Numbered from the stretch's first letter, positions 13,801-27,607 are shown. The stretch is DNA of 64,000 nt from Moniliella sp. 'wahieum' (GCA_003971905.1 RSEE01000062.1:310001-374000); one strand, 5' to 3'. A program made the numbers and translations. The notes: a model not told the origin generated them from the letters alone.

Positions 13801-15678
13801 AATCGATCGTAGTGTGGTCCGCGGATTTGCTGTGGAGCGGGATGGTTACTTCCGTCTTGAACCGGTGGTGATTGGACGGCACACCATTGTCAATACGTTT
13901 ACCCAAATTGCCCCGGGTGCCTACTTGCCCGATGGCACGGTCTGGGGTCCTCAGGCATCCTCGCACGAGGAGCCTTCGGCAGATGGGTTTGCCGCGTACA
14001 ATAAGGGTGAAGTGCCCCAGCCCAACATCTTCCTCATCGTGTTTCTGGGTCTTCCGATCAAATATGGGATCATGTTCTTATGCTACATCCCTTGGTTTGC
14101 TGCGCTCTTTATGCTGCTGTCGCAGCCGTTCTTGTTCAACCGGACCGATTCCGTCAAAGGTGTCGTTGCATGGTTTGCGTACCCACAACGTATTGGTTGG
14201 CACTTTGTCGCGCGCATCGTGCGGAACTGTATGCCTCCTCTCTCCAACATGATCCTTGGTATCCTTGTCAAGCGTCTCTTCCTCGGGCGAAACAAGGAAG
14301 GGTCTATGCGCAATGCGAGTCAATGGGCTCTGTTCCGCAGATGGATGTGCTCCGAACTTCTTTCCCAACCCCAGCTCCGGCGCGGATTCGCCATCATTGG
14401 CACCCACTATGAAATGACCTCGGTCATCTACCGTGCGATGGGGGCCCAAGTGGGCCGCAGGGTCTACTGGCCTGGCTCGGGCGTGTACTGCCCTGACCCA
14501 GAGTTGCTTCGTGTAGGGGACGATGTGGTGTTTGGCTCGCGCTCCGAGCTGTTTACGTCCGACTCGATTGGCTTCAACCGTATCTCCATCGCATCGGGGG
14601 CGATGATTGCAGACCGCGTGACGCTCTTGCCTGGCACAACAGTGGATCGTCAAGCGGTCATGGGCTCTGGTGCGCTGTCGCGCCGGAACGGGTACTATGA
14701 GCCGTTATCGGTCTGGATGGGGGCCAAGCACGGTGAGCCAGTCAGCTTTGGCAAATCCGCCCCGACCGAGAGCACAGTGACGCCGTTTGGTCGGGCGTTT
14801 TACCAACGCAAGGCGCCCTACTTTGTTTTCCTTACCCCCTCATCGTTTTGGTCAATGTGTTTATGGCCGCTGCCAGTTCAGTCTACTGGGCTGCACCCGC
14901 CCCGATTGCCGTCGTGATTCTCAACCGCGCGCGGCTGAACTATGAGCACAAGGCTCCCGGCCTGTTTGGCGACCACTGGTACCGTCCGGCATTGGTGTAT
15001 GTGTACATTGCGCTTGCATTCATTGTCATCATGACGACGCTAGCGTTGTTGGCCTTTGCTTGGGTCATCGTGACCAAATGGATCGTCATTGGTCGTCGGC
15101 GCGAGGGGCGGTACGACTGGGACATGTCGTCGTACTGCCAGCGCTGGCAACTGCACCTCTCGCTGCAACGGTTACTCGGGCGCGGATTTGGCGGGCGGAT
15201 CGTGGGCTGCATTTCGGGCAGTTGGTATGCCGTTCTCTACCTCCGTCTGCTCGGTGCGACAATCGGGAAAGATTGTGCGATCTGGGCGGGGGGGAAACCG
15301 AGTTTGCAACTGACCGAACCCGAGTTGGTTACGATGGGCAACAAGGTCAGCTTGGACGATGCTTCAGTGGTGGCCCACATCAACTCGCGCGGGAGGTTTA
15401 GCCTCAACCGTCTCACCATTGGGGACGGCTGTGCGTTGCGAACAGGCTCCCGGCTCCTATCGGGCGCGAGCATGGAACCGCACTCGATGCTCTACGAACA
15501 CACGCTCGTTGCGTCGGGCGAGATTGCCGAGGCGGGCTGCGTCTATGCTGGTTGGCCCGCCAGGCAAATGCGTTTCCGCCGTTCCAGCACCGGTCTTACC
15601 CCGGGCAAGACGACGCCGCAACAGCGCGAATCGGACTACAACCTAGCCCAACCCATGGGCAAAAGTTCTGGTTCCTAG
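10867..15678 (+). CDS. Membrane-bound NRPS-like enzyme: acyl/oxalate-CoA-ligase-type A domain, carrier (T) domain and Pls/PosA-type terminal domain (TM segments plus three hexapeptide/LbH blocks)
   Basis: A motifs: LVLHTSGTSGTKKVVPY (~11480), MPLFHxGGI, PSYGMTE, WFDSGDVG, RSKEIINKGGE, LPKNQAGKPLR. T motif DFFLLGGNSLL (Ser codon 13081). Three blocks YYRLLGARIG, IYRAMGAQVG and YLRLLGATIG, each preceded by hydrophobic helices. Intron 11602-11667 (GTATGT...GCTGAC...CAG). Confidence 0.88.
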
Positions 15679-17442
15679 CACCTCTCCTTCCGCTCTACCG
15701 CGGCTCATCTCCGCCGCATCGGGCAGCACACTCAAGTAACTAGTTGCTCTTGGTTTCCATTTCCTGTTCCTCTCGTCCTCTGTTCTTCTGTTCCTCTCTT
15801 CCTCTATCACCATGTTCTTCTGTTCTGTTCTTCTCTCCCCCCCCCCCTCCCCCTCCCGACCCTTCCTCATCTACCACCTCCATTCCCTACCCTGTCGAGC
15901 GAAGTGGCTGCATTCTCATCTACTCTGTCCTCCCACCTACGCGCCCTGATCGGTGTATGCACAGGGGACTTGGACCGGCGAGCTGGAGCCGTGCTGGTGA
16001 TCTTTTGGCGCTTGTTCCTTTTTCTTTCCACTGCCGCACGGTGAGCATGAGAGCGACACTGTAGATTCCATGGTAGACGCCGGTCGTGGCTCCCGTCCAC
16101 CGTATGTTACGTGGTCACCTGTCACCGGTCACCTCTTCTAGCCGTGGTGCCTGGGCCCAAGTCCCGGTAAGGAAAACGAATGGAAATATACATGTTCCAT
16201 CTCATATCTATGAGGCCTCACGCTCGTATCACTACTATCGGGCCCACTTTCTTCTGTCTACAGCCACATTTCTCGGTCATTAATCAATTGACACCTCATG
16301 CAGGCAGATGGGCCCCACCAGTTTCCTTGGTACTAGTACAACTATAGTAAGTACAGTAGTGCATCCAACTCACGCTTCGACACCCCCTCTGGCCTTACGC
16401 GGAGGTTGTGAATAAGGTTTGGAAAATACAGGTAACGAAACTGAAAGGCCGGGCATAGAACGACGGTTCATATGGCGTCTAACTCAACGTGGTGAACGTG
16501 GTGAACGGGTCAACGGGCGAACCCCCGCTTGGAGTCCGAGGGCATGATAGAAGGAAACGAAGGCATAGGCCCACAAGCAAAACCGCCTTTTACAGGTTCG
16601 ATAGGGAAAACTAAAGAATGGGGTCTATGCGGGGCGTTCAAAGAACAATCCAATGCTGAGCATATCTATAGGATTAGCTGTGAGGCGCTCTCTATAGTGT
16701 CGGGATGTTCAATGTGTCTTTCCGGGTCACTCCAGTCACTACTGCTGTTCCTCTTTTATACGATACATTGGGAGATATGGATTTTGGTCGGGCTGACTTT
16801 GAACCAACCACACCCAATCACGGGTTCACCGCTTTAGTTCGAGATAAACACTTGATGCGCGCCGAGCCGGTTGTCCCCGTCCGCATCGTCTCTCGGTCAT
16901 CTCGCGCTCTCCAGCGGCATTGGGGAAACGACCAAAGGGCACAGAGATGCAGTCGTAGTTCTTAAATTGGGGAGAAAACGGGTCACTACTTCCTCGCCCA
17001 ACACACCAGTTCATCTCTTACTCATCCATTGTGTGGTTTGGGGGCGAAACCAAAAGAAACAAGGTAAGCCCCCCGGATATTACTACCGCAGATATCGATA
17101 CTTAATAGGACCAGTGGCCGTCACGGCCCTTCTGGGGTGATACGCAAAAACGCATGTTAGAGTAGGATAACAAAAGCGGATGGATCGTGAGGAGCCAGAA
17201 ATAGAAAGAATGTGGGAGGGAGGGAGGAGGGTGCAGGAAGCATCCATTTGCTTCTTCAAGGTGTTATGGGTTATACTCTTGGATAAGCCAGACCTGGGGT
17301 AAGGCCTGAGAGGCGTGAACGAACAGAGGCGGCAGATGGGAAAGCAAAAGAAGAGAGCAGGTGCGGAGCACGTCTTGGGTTTCCGTCCACCCAAACACAT
17401 TGCCTACGATTGGGGGGTACAGTACATTTTTTTGTCCTGTGC

Positions 17443-18383
17443 TCAACACAGGATCGCTCCCGCGACCCAAATAGCCCCAGCCACAACAACCATCGAGCTT
17501 GGACCCGTGTGGCCAGCAGGAGACGAGGACGAAGACGTAACGGTAGTAGTACCCGACGCGACAGAGGAAGTGGTTTCCCCTGCCACAACGCTCGATGAGA
17601 AGGTAGCAGCCGAGCCGCTTTGCTGTAGTGCCGTCGACGTGGCGGCGCCGTGCCTGGACCCGGTAGAGGAGGAGGAAGTCGAGGAAAAGGAGTCTCCGAA
17701 GCCGAAGAGGCCGAGGAAGAGGGTGGGAGCAAGGAGGTGGACGAGGAGGTGTACGAGGACGACGAGGTCGATGAGACGACGATGATACCGCCACGGAAGA
17801 AGCGCTTTGCAAAGTGGTCGAGGACGCGGTTGAATTCGATGAGCTTGATCCAGCAGCGCTGCCCGCAGCACCGGTCGATACGATCTGTCCGGAACCCCAA
17901 GGCACGGCCGGGGTGACCGGTGTGGGCTGATTGTCGTGTTCTGGGGGGGTGGTCGCACCGCTGGTATCAGCAATGGCAAATCTAGTGGTCCACTGCGGAC
18001 TCTTGGTCCCATCGATGGAAGCCTGGTAAAAGTAGATGGCCGAGTTGGGCTTGACCTCAGGACAGGTCCACGAGTACTTGCCCGGCCCAGAGGAGGTGCC
18101 ATCCAATCCGGTAGCGACGTTGGTGAGCTTCTGCATCGCCAAGTTGGAACCAGTGTAGAGGTCAAGGGTAAAGACTGACTGCACTTTTTGGAACCTGACG
18201 TGTCGGGGTCCCAAGATACCTGTGGAATGGACGGGTCAGCATGGCCACCGCGTAGTGGACGACGGGGCACAACAACAAGCAAATAACGTACGGTGCAAGT
18301 GCTGCCTTCGTTGAACACATCACCAGGTCCGGGAGCGGTGAGCGTCATAGCGCCACGACGGTGGAAAGCAAAGCGTGGAGCAT
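17443..18383 (-). CDS. Secreted Ser/Thr-rich, probably GPI-anchored cell-wall protein (Kre9/Knh1-like N-terminal domain)
   Basis: Signal-like start MLHALLSTVV, then TAPGPGDVFNEGSTCT|VSWDPD, LDLYTGSNLAMQKLTNVA and YSWTCPEVKPNSAIYFYQ...WTTRFAI. S/T-rich stalk and hydrophobic tail MVVVAGAIWVAGAILC*. Intron 18291-18220. Confidence 0.85.
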
Positions 18384-19936
18384 GTTCGCCTTGGGCGGCG
18401 ATAGCCGGCAGAGCAAGTCCACTGATCGCGGCAACGTAGAGAAGAGCAGTAGTAAAGAGTGCATGTGTCCAGAAAAGGATTGTTGGTGGGTGAGCAGGGG
18501 AATAAGAGGGGGCTGAGAAAGGAGGGGAGGGGGCAGGAGGTGGTGGTGGAAACGGAAGTGGAGAGGTGTGTGGAGGGAGATGGTAGCAGGTATTTCCCGC
18601 TCGTCTCGCGGCGACGGATCGGAGGGGAGGCGGCTAGTCCCAGGTGATGGCCGTGGCCAGAAGGGTACGAGGTGAGCCACTGTGAGCCGATTGGGTCGGA
18701 GGGGCAGGGGGAAGTGTGGGGTGTTGGGGGCATGCGTGCAGCAGAAGGAAAGCCCGCTTATTAGCGCTTACGGAGTAGGGCGGTCGAGTGGTGGGCCGCC
18801 GCGTGTGCTGACAAGCGGCCAGGCCCCTGGGCGGTGTCCCAGCTGGCCAGTCCCGAGCACTGCCCCCGTTGTGGCCTTTCGCCGGGGAACGGCGATCAGG
18901 AACATCATGCATCATGCCACACTGGGCCTGGGCGAGGGCGGGTGTTGGTATAGGGGTTACTGGTTAGCTGCGTCGCGCGTCAAACGCTTCGCCCCGTCTC
19001 CTCCGTTTTAGCCAAGCCATGTGGGTGTTCCATATGGACATGGATGGCCGTGGGCCTTTGGACAGCACCGGTTACTGGCAGGTTGCCCGGCTGTCTGGAC
19101 AGTCTGAGCTTGTCTTTGGGCGCACTCAGGCGTACCCATGCAGGCGCGCGGCATGCATGGGTAAACCGGTAACCGACGGTAATGCATCTCATGCATTCTG
19201 TCAACCTGAAGCTTGGAGAGCTGTACTAAAACAGGGTCCCACCTGCCCATTCTGGCATTGCCAGTCTGCTCCGTGTGATTTGGACGATGGCTATAGCTGG
19301 CAATACATAGTAGTTAGCACCGGAGTTGAAGCAACATGTTATGAAGAGAGGAACAGAAATTGAAGTAGGAACTCTCCACACCCCCGTGAGAGCCATTTCG
19401 CCTGGCTAGACCGCCCAGCTTGCACATCAACATAGTATTCATCCGGATAGGCAACGCCGGGGGTACCAGCTGTTCAGTTGAATTACAAGGACCTGCATGA
19501 GGTTGGTATGGTTGGGTAGGTAGGAGAGGCACGCACTGACATCTCGCGACACATCATCCTTATCGTTCACAATGCGTTTGTGTAGATTGAATGGGATACA
19601 CTTCTTACGTAGCAGCCAAGAAACCCCATCCTCTTTTTGCGGCAGCCGCTGCACGTGGATGAGAATCAGGATGGATATGATTACAACGAGAGCAGAATAC
19701 ACACTGCCCGTAATGACCCAAGTAGAGTGCCACAGGCTTTTTTCTTTGCCTACAGGAATCACTTTGGGTGGTAGGCAAATGACCCTGCGGCCCATGCACT
19801 CGCAGGGGAGCGCACAGTCCGTTGAAGTGGTCGACACATGCGTGGTGGGAATGCAAAGAGATGGTTCCGATGCAGCGGGAGAGACCAGGATGCAAGAAGA
19901 TGGTCAGGGAGTACGTAGCAGAACACACAGGCGCAA

Positions 19937-20596
19937 TTAAGCCCCACGACCACCACGGAAGCCACCGCGACCACCACCCCGGCCACCAAATCCCCCCCAC
20001 GTCCACCGCGAGGCGCACCAAACCCACCCGACCGCCGCCGCGGCTAGCAAAGCCACCACGGCCACCACCACGGCCGGCCAAAGCCACCACGGCCCCGGGA
20101 GAGCCACGACCACCTCCAAACCCGCCACTTGGGCGCCGACTTCTTCTTGGGTGCCTTGGGTGCCTTGGGCTTCGGAAGGACCGCTCAATAGGCAGCAGTC
20201 GGTCTCCGCCAATGTAGACCTTGTCATCGGCCTTGAAGGAGGAGGCACCATACCAGCGTCCATCTTGACAGTGAAGAACACCTCGTTGATCGGACCTAGA
20301 TCTCGTCCACCTTGCCAATGGGACTTGTTTTGCAAGCTGTGGGGGCAGAAGGGTCAGATTCCAGATGACCTGGAAAAAGTGATTAGGATAAAAACGTAAT
20401 CGATCGGCGCATTGAAGTATGGGACATGCTTGGGTCCGTGGAGGCGAACGCATCTCACCTTCCCCGGCATGGACAAAGCTGCCATCTTTGACCGTCTCGG
20501 GCCGGCATTAAAGGGGCGAGCGCCACCGCGACCACCACGGAATCCACCGCGACCACCGCGATCACCAAAACCACCACGACCACCACGGAAGGACAT
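19937..20596 (-). CDS. GAR1: H/ACA snoRNP subunit Gar1
   Basis: RGG-rich ends (MSFRGGRGGF..., ...GGFRGGRGA*) flank VPYFNAPI, PIGKVDEI, GPINEVFFTVK and KVYIGGDRLLPIER. Intron at ~20400-20337 with a garbled donor. Confidence 0.93.
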
Positions 20597-20956
20597 GTTG
20601 CGCTGGAGGGAAAAGGGTCGATAGAAGGTGGGTTGGAAAAGGAGGGACGAGGGGAAAACGGCTTAGCCTTGCCAGTCTGAATTTTTTTATTTTCACCACA
20701 TTTGCCTACTGAAAGGCGGAATCCAAGCAAGTCTTCCGTCGGGGCTCTCATTCCGCTGCGCCACTAATAGCTGCGCCTTTTCAACATGTTAAGATTTCAA
20801 AAGCCATCAGCCTGTTCGCCCACGCATGGGCGATGCCGGAGATGATGACCGGGATGACCCGAACACCCGACGCCTCCCCGTCAGGCATGTGAGAAGTAAC
20901 AGCATACGGGACCATGCATTATACAGGTTGCTTCGAAGGGTAACAGTTCAATTCCA

Positions 20957-21854
20957 TTACAGAATCTGCCACTCTTCGCCCAGCTGGTGGTCGTGAACTT
21001 GGTATTGCCACACGGGGTTGCCCTCCTTGCGGAGCTTCCACAGGTTGTGGGCGGGTTGCAAGGCACCCCAAACACGACCGACAGGCTTGCCTGATTTGGT
21101 CATGATCGTCTCAGCGACCAAACGCTCATTCTCATCAGCCTTGGCGGGCTTTCCCTTGATGGGCAGGAGCTCGTGGTCTGTCAATGGAGGCGCGTGGTCT
21201 GCCCGCTTGGCCAAGGCCCAACTCGCCCACGGCTTGGCGGCACCAGGGCCTAGCCACGACGGGTCATACACCGTTGTGGTTAGCTGGCGAAGGAGGTAGT
21301 CGTTCGTGTCCATCTGGAGGATCGGCTCCTTCCCGGCCGCTGCCGCGGCTGGCGTCGGCTTGTACAGCCGCATCTCCGATACGTACGGCTTGGCGAACGT
21401 AGTAATCATTGCGGTCGAGGCGATGCTCCATGAGGGTCACAAACACCATGCTGCTTCGTCCAAACGCACTCACGCTCACGTCCGTCACACCAAAAATCAG
21501 AATGGGGCTCATGGTTGACGCCAGGGCGAGTGAAGAAAGAGAGAAGAACTTGAGCCTCTTGAGCACACCGGCCATAGCGCCATGGTACACCGCGACGGGA
21601 GGCCCGTACCCCTCCAGTACCTTTTCATATGCTGGATCGGGCTTTTCCGGCTTCTCAGTGGCTGTCTTGGCCTCTTCCTTAGACAGGACAAGAGACGAGG
21701 TGGTGAGCCTGCGCATTCGGCCGGGCACCAACGTAGGCACGGCCACGGAACGGGCAAGACCCGCGGCGATGCAAGGCGCTTGGCGCGCAAGGCCCACGCG
21801 TGCCACGCTGAGTGAGAGTGGGCGGGTAGCCGGAAGGGCGAGACGCGCGCTCAT
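20957..21854 (-). CDS. TMEM70-like mitochondrial inner-membrane protein (ATP synthase assembly factor family)
   Basis: Arg/Ala-rich presequence, then VYHGAMAGVLKRLKFFSLSSLAL...SPIL, a second hydrophobic helix and STAMITTFAKPYVSEMRL. One frameshift near 21425. Confidence 0.7.
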
Positions 21855-22693
21855 TGTGCTGGGCCACGTGTGGAGATGGTCGGCGAGAACGTGGAGAGAA
21901 CATGTCCTCGGGTGGATCTGCACGCATTTCCTAGCGGAATTGGATTAAGCGGAATTTGCACGCCAAAGGCTCTTGACTTCATCAGACTTTTGCCCTTTCC
22001 AATTTCACTACACTGCGCCAACCAGCCCACCCTTTGGGGTTAGATCCGCCCTGGCCCGACCCGATTTACTTCTTCATTTGAGGGAGGCACCTAGCCGTTG
22101 TAGGCACATGGTCATGCGGCTAGCAGCTCTCTTAGGAGAACGCTTTCAACCGCAAGACAGTCAGCGTGACTAGTAACCGGGGTGACCTCGTAATGGCCGT
22201 GGCAAGTCTTCTCGAGCAGGAAGGTAATGCGAGAGGGACACATGTTGAACGTTGACTGCGTCTCAGATCAGCCACGCTAGGCCCCGAGCACGCATGGAAA
22301 TCCTCGCGCACGGAGCAGGCCAGGGATGCTCCGAGTGACCAGGGGGATTATTAGTACTTTTGTACTATTAGTGCTAGTATCCGTATGCTCAATGCCTTAG
22401 TAAGCGAAGCGTGCGAAGCCCCTGGGTGGCCTCGTCGCGTCATATTCTTATTCACAGAGCGATGGATGTGTGGAGCAGAGCGCAGCCACAGCGCCAGTCT
22501 TTGCTCCACTCGAGCTGCACGGGCCCACCAGGATGCATGGCAGGCATCACAGCAGAGCATGCGTCGGCGGCCACTGCAAGGGGGCCGGGCGGGCCGGGCA
22601 GATCCGGACGTCGCCTCTTCTTGTGGGGGGCATTCTACTCTCACCTTCTACCCACCACCATCACTTCCACCACACTCTCCCCGCTTCCGCATC

Positions 22694-23651
22694 ATGGCGC
22701 CTCCCCCGCAAAAAGGCTTCTCTTCCAATGTCGCCGTTGGCGCGGCCATGAACATGTTTGAGGTTACCACTTTGGGCCAGCCGTTCGAGGTCATCAAGAC
22801 CCAGATGGCCTCGAACCGGTCCCAGTCAATGGCGCAAGCACTCAAAACGGTTTGGTCGCGTGGTGGCGTGTTTGGATTCTATCAGGGCCTCATACCTTGG
22901 GCCTGGATCGAGGCATCGACAAAAGGTGCGGTGCTCATTTGGACCTCGTCCGGCATTGATTCGGCCGCCCGATCGGCCGGCTTGGCCCCTGCTTGGGCCG
23001 GGCTCCTGGGCGGTATGGGCGGCGGAGTGGCGCAGGCGTATGCCACTATGGGATTCTGCACCACCATGAAGACAGCTGAGATTACGAGGCACAAGAAAGC
23101 GGCCGCAGGGGCACCTTCTGCCTCCACCTGGGCTCTCTTTGGTGACATTTATCGCCGTGAAGGTATCAGGGGCATCAACAAAGGGGTAAATGCGGTTGCT
23201 TTTCGTCAGATGACTAACTGGGGAAGCCGCATGGGCTTTGCGCGCCTCGCCGAGGCCCCCGTGCGTAGCATCAGCGGCAAGTCTGAGTCGGAGAAGTTGT
23301 CCGCGGCGGAGCGGATCGTCTGCTCATCCCTCGGTGGCGCCCTGGCGACGTGGAACCAACCCATCGAAGTCATTCGCGTCGAGATGCAGTCCATGGCGAA
23401 GGATGCCAACCGCCCGTTAAGATGACCATCGCCAGCACGGCCAAGTACATTTATAGCAACAATGGTCTCCTAGGTTTGTACAGGGGTGTAACCCCTCGTA
23501 TCTGCCTGGGCATTTGGCAAACCGTACGTGTGATTCTACTTTCGAGACGACAAACAAGATCTAATCTTTTCTTTTGTCTCAGATTTGCATGGTCACCTTA
23601 GCGGACTATGTCAAAGAATTCGTTGCAGGGACGGGCAAAAAAGCAGAGTGA
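22694..23651 (+). CDS. YHM2: Mitochondrial carrier, citrate/oxoglutarate carrier Yhm2-like
   Basis: [82 protein letters not shown]. Intron 23524-23582, then [12 protein letters not shown]...KAE*. Confidence 0.93.
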
Positions 23652-24510
23652 AGGATCGTAAGTTGCTACCCGTATCACCCCCCCCTTAAACAGAGCCTTC
23701 GGACGCGACTGGTCTCTTCCCCCCTCTCAGACCCGGACCCGATACGTCATTTCCGCATTGCTCTCCTGAGCCCAGTCCTGTTTCTCAACTTCGGGTTGAG
23801 TTTCTACCCTCCTTTTTTCTCTCGCATTGCGCTGAGCTCCTTTGGCATGGAGGGTAACATTCCTCAATGTGTGTAGCAGGGACATAGACGGGAGTAGAGT
23901 ATGATACAGGGGGAGTAAAAGGGCACTAACCGATTTGCTCTCATCATTTGGGGAGTCCAAAGGCAAGGGGGGCTATAATACAAGCGCACCATCACAGCAT
24001 TGGACTGGGCACAAAATGCGCGGAAATGAGTGATCGGTGCGTCTCCACTAACATCAATCGGCTGTGGATGCATGACGGTTCCAACGCGCTTTTTTGGCTG
24101 GACAGAAGCACTGGGTCGGCATGGTGGCGCTAACTTGACTAGGTTTACCCAATTGGCCAAAGAGGCCAAAGTAGCCAAAACCGCTGGGTGGGCTGAAAGC
24201 GCTGAAAGCACAAGGGTTGGCCAAGAACTGGAGGTGAAAGCAGGCTGGTATAGTCACTGCAGCTTCAATAAGGCGAGAGTATGGGGGCGACAATTACGCA
24301 CCCGGCACGTCACGTGCCCTCGGTTGCGTTGGCTTCGTGTTTGTGTTTCGCGATAATCACCGATCAGGTCGATGAGGTCGATGAGAATGGATGAGGTCGT
24401 GTTGGGGACGGGGTAAGTCAGACACAAATACAGATACCACCACCACCCATCTGTCTGTTTTCCCCTTTAACCCGCCCACTGCCCCCAACCTCCACGCTCT
24501 TGGAGTTGGC

Positions 24511-26938
24511 ATGGTGTTCAAGATCAAGATACAGCGTCCACATGCGACGCCTGAGAACGAGCTTCAGTCGGGTTCACCCCAGCTAGGTTCATCGCCGCTT
24601 TCGCCACCCCCGAGGTCTCTGTCGATTCCGTCAGTCAACCTGCCCATCTCAGCCAGGCTGCCGTGTCCCCCTCCACGCCCCCCCTGTGGGCGTAGAAGTG
24701 GTTGTAGCCCCTGCCTCCATACACATCGCTTCGTCCGCGGCCATGACCTAAGCACCATCGTCGAGCGGCCCGAACGCATCCGTGCGGCCCTGCTAGGCGT
24801 TTGTGCAGCTACTGCGCGTCTGACCCCCACACGGTCGAAGAAACGGGTGTGCCTCTGGCTACCACCAAGAAGAGCCGGATGAAAAGTGGTTGCACGACAC
24901 AGAAAATGAACAGGCAGGGAGCCGCCTCAGTGCCCCAGCTCGACGTATTCCTTTACTTCAAAGTACGCGCCAAGTTTCCCTCGACCCCGCGGATCCTGCC
25001 GTGGCACTCGTTCACGCAAATGAGAACGAGTTAATTTCTTACCTCGACACACCCTATTCCCGAGGCCCTGGTGCCCGTATTCTTCTTCCCTCCAAGGGAG
25101 AAGGAGAATACGCTTCTTACCTCCAGAAGCTTTGTCGTGCAGCGCCTGCCCACCGATCCCCATTGCTAGGTCGCCCGCCTGGGACCTAAGAGTGAAGCCC
25201 CTTCGCAGGGTGATACTACTGAGGGTTCCACCTCTTTTACCCGTTCCGATGTATCCACTACCCTTTTAACATCTGATTCTGATTCAGATTCGGACGAAGA
25301 ATTTATCCACCCGAGCGAAATCCCTGACTCGATGCACCAAGGCGATCTGTATTTGTGCGGTCCCAGTATCGATGACCCTGAAGGATTAAGTGACGCAATC
25401 CGTAAGGATGTGGGAGGATCCGGAGAAGCCATCCGCTCGTCTTTGGGGGCATGCATGTCCGGGGTGGATCGAGTCGTAGCCCACCGAGCCAACGCGCAAG
25501 TAACTTCGTCGTTGGTCTCAGTAGGTACGGCGGATCCTGTTCCACCACCGGCACCGCGTGCTCTCGTCCTCGTCCGGCCTCCCGGACACCACTGTGCAGG
25601 GAACGCACCTCAGGGTTTTGTTGGGTGAACAATGCCGTTGTGGCTGCCACTCACGCTTATCTCGAGCATGGAATTGATCGCGTGGCGATCCTTGATATTG
25701 ACCTTCACCATGGCAGTACGTCTTCTATCTCTTGTTGTTAGGAGCATCGCTCATCCCTCCACCAGATGGTACCCAGGCTCTGGCCTGGCGCATCAACTCC
25801 GACACGGTCCAGCAGGACTTGAAAAGGGAGTCTCTGATTCAACAGGCCGAGCAGGCCCGTAAGCAAGCCTCTCGTCACCGCAAGGGAACTGTTCCTCCCG
25901 CCCCTGCCCCACCGGCCGCAATCCCCCCGCGCGGGCTCAAAATCTCCTATGGCAGCGTACACGACATTGAGAGCTACCCATGCGAACAGGGGGATGCTGA
26001 GATGGTCATGGCGGCCAGCACGTGCCTTGAAGGTGCCCACGGACAGTGGATCTGGAACGGTATGTCACCTTTTGTTTGGTCAATGGGTGGGCGAGAAGAG
26101 GAGTAGGGGTAGAAGACTGACGTTTGAAGGAAACAGTGCATCTCGCGCCATATGGCTCTCCAGAGGAGTTTTACGAGCACTACCAAACACGCTACAGTCA
26201 GCTCTTTACCAAGGCCCGTCACTTCTTCCAAGCTGAGGGCGCAGATCCGAAACATTCATTGGTCCTCATCTCTTGCGGGTTTGATGCATGCGAGCACGAG
26301 TATCCGGGGATGCAGCGGCACGGAAAGTCAGTCCCGACAGGATTCTATCATCAATTTGCGTCGGACGCTGCCGCGCTCGCGGATGAGGTGGCCGAGGGCA
26401 AGTTGGTAAGCTTTATGGAGGGGGGGTATGCTGATCGGGCTATCACAAGTGGAGCGTTTGCCCATACAGCCGGCCTCGCTGCCCCTTCCCCCGCATCCCT
26501 CTTGAACCAGGAACTCCAATCATGGTGGGACGTGCATCACCTTACCAGTCTTGAGCGCACAATCAAGAAGGGTATGGTTGTTGTCGACCGGATGAAACAA
26601 TCATCACGGAACAAGAAACCCATCCCACGTCTAATTACCGAGCCTGCGGAGAAGGAGCAAATTTGGCTAGATTCGGTTCTGTCCACCTTCCGCTCTTGGA
26701 CCATCTCTCTGCCTGGGCAAGTCCCCGTTGCAGAGCCCGGCACAGTTGGTTCTTCCCACTCTCGCACTGTGATTGCACCTTCCACCCGGGTGCTGCGAGA
26801 TCGCTCCAAGGCCAAGACTACTGTGTCTCCTTCATCCTTGCCTGGGGATACAGAGGCCAAGTTGATGCGGACGAGGCGGCGCTGGCGCACCAACTAGGAA
26901 GCATGACTTTGCAGCAGCACCCTCTTCCTGAGGCTTGA
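24511..26938 (+). CDS. HOS3: Fungal class II histone deacetylase, Hos3-like
   Basis: HRFVR..LSTIVERPERI, QGDLYLC, RPPGHHC, GFCWVNN, ILDIDLHHG|NGTQ (intron 25716-25765), SVHDIESYPCE, GAHGQWIWN|VHL (intron 26060-26136), ISCGFDACEHE...MQRH, MEGGYADRAI. The 3' end is approximate. Confidence 0.92.
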
Positions 26939-27599
26939 GCCTGTGTCATGTGGCGGCAGGATCCTGGCATCGGAGCCGAATGGGCAATGCACTCGCAATA
27001 AGTTTGGCCATGCTGGGACCCTTGGCTGCTCCAGCATGTTAATGAATGCCCATTCTCTGTTTTTGTCTTGCCCGCTGGCGCCAGGAGCGCTGTGGGGAGC
27101 AGGCAGACTATGCGGGTTTGGATTGAGTGACTCCATCGATTGCCCATCTTGTGTATATTCGTCTTCGTGGGGCAACGATACCAGATTCCACAACCAGGGT
27201 GGCTGCACATACTATAGTCATCCATTGTCATCGGAGGCAAATAGCGCCAATACAGGGTGGCGAGGCTTGGAGATGCGCTGATGGCTGCCAGTGGAAGGGC
27301 ACTAGGGCAGTTCCGGCGATCCCAGTGGCTCGGATGCTCGCTGTGAGAGGCCCCGTGCCTAGGCCCCCCACCTCGTCGCCAGTGCGCCTGTTCCCCAAAA
27401 CGTGAGGACCCTGGTCCTGGCGCCACACACTGCCCCCGCGCGGGAGCACAACCACGGTGGAGAGGTCGGGAGCGCTACTCTCGCCTGGCGCAGCTCGCCA
27501 GTCTCCCGGCCCATCCGGGGACTAGCGCGAGAAAGTGTTTGTTGTCCATAAGCGGCAGAGCGACCTTCCCTTTTCAAGTCCAGGGGAGAACCCCGTAAG

Positions 27600-27607
27600 T
27601 ATATAAG
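27600..27607 (+). promoter_or_regulatory. Putative TATA box of the PL14 gene
   Basis: TATATAAG ~175 bp upstream of the ATG at 27776, followed by a pyrimidine-rich leader. Confidence 0.5.

Noticed and set aside
19300..19840. Small minus-strand membrane-protein gene downstream of GAR1
   Set aside because: One hydrophobic stretch and one plausible intron, but no clear start, stop or family match.
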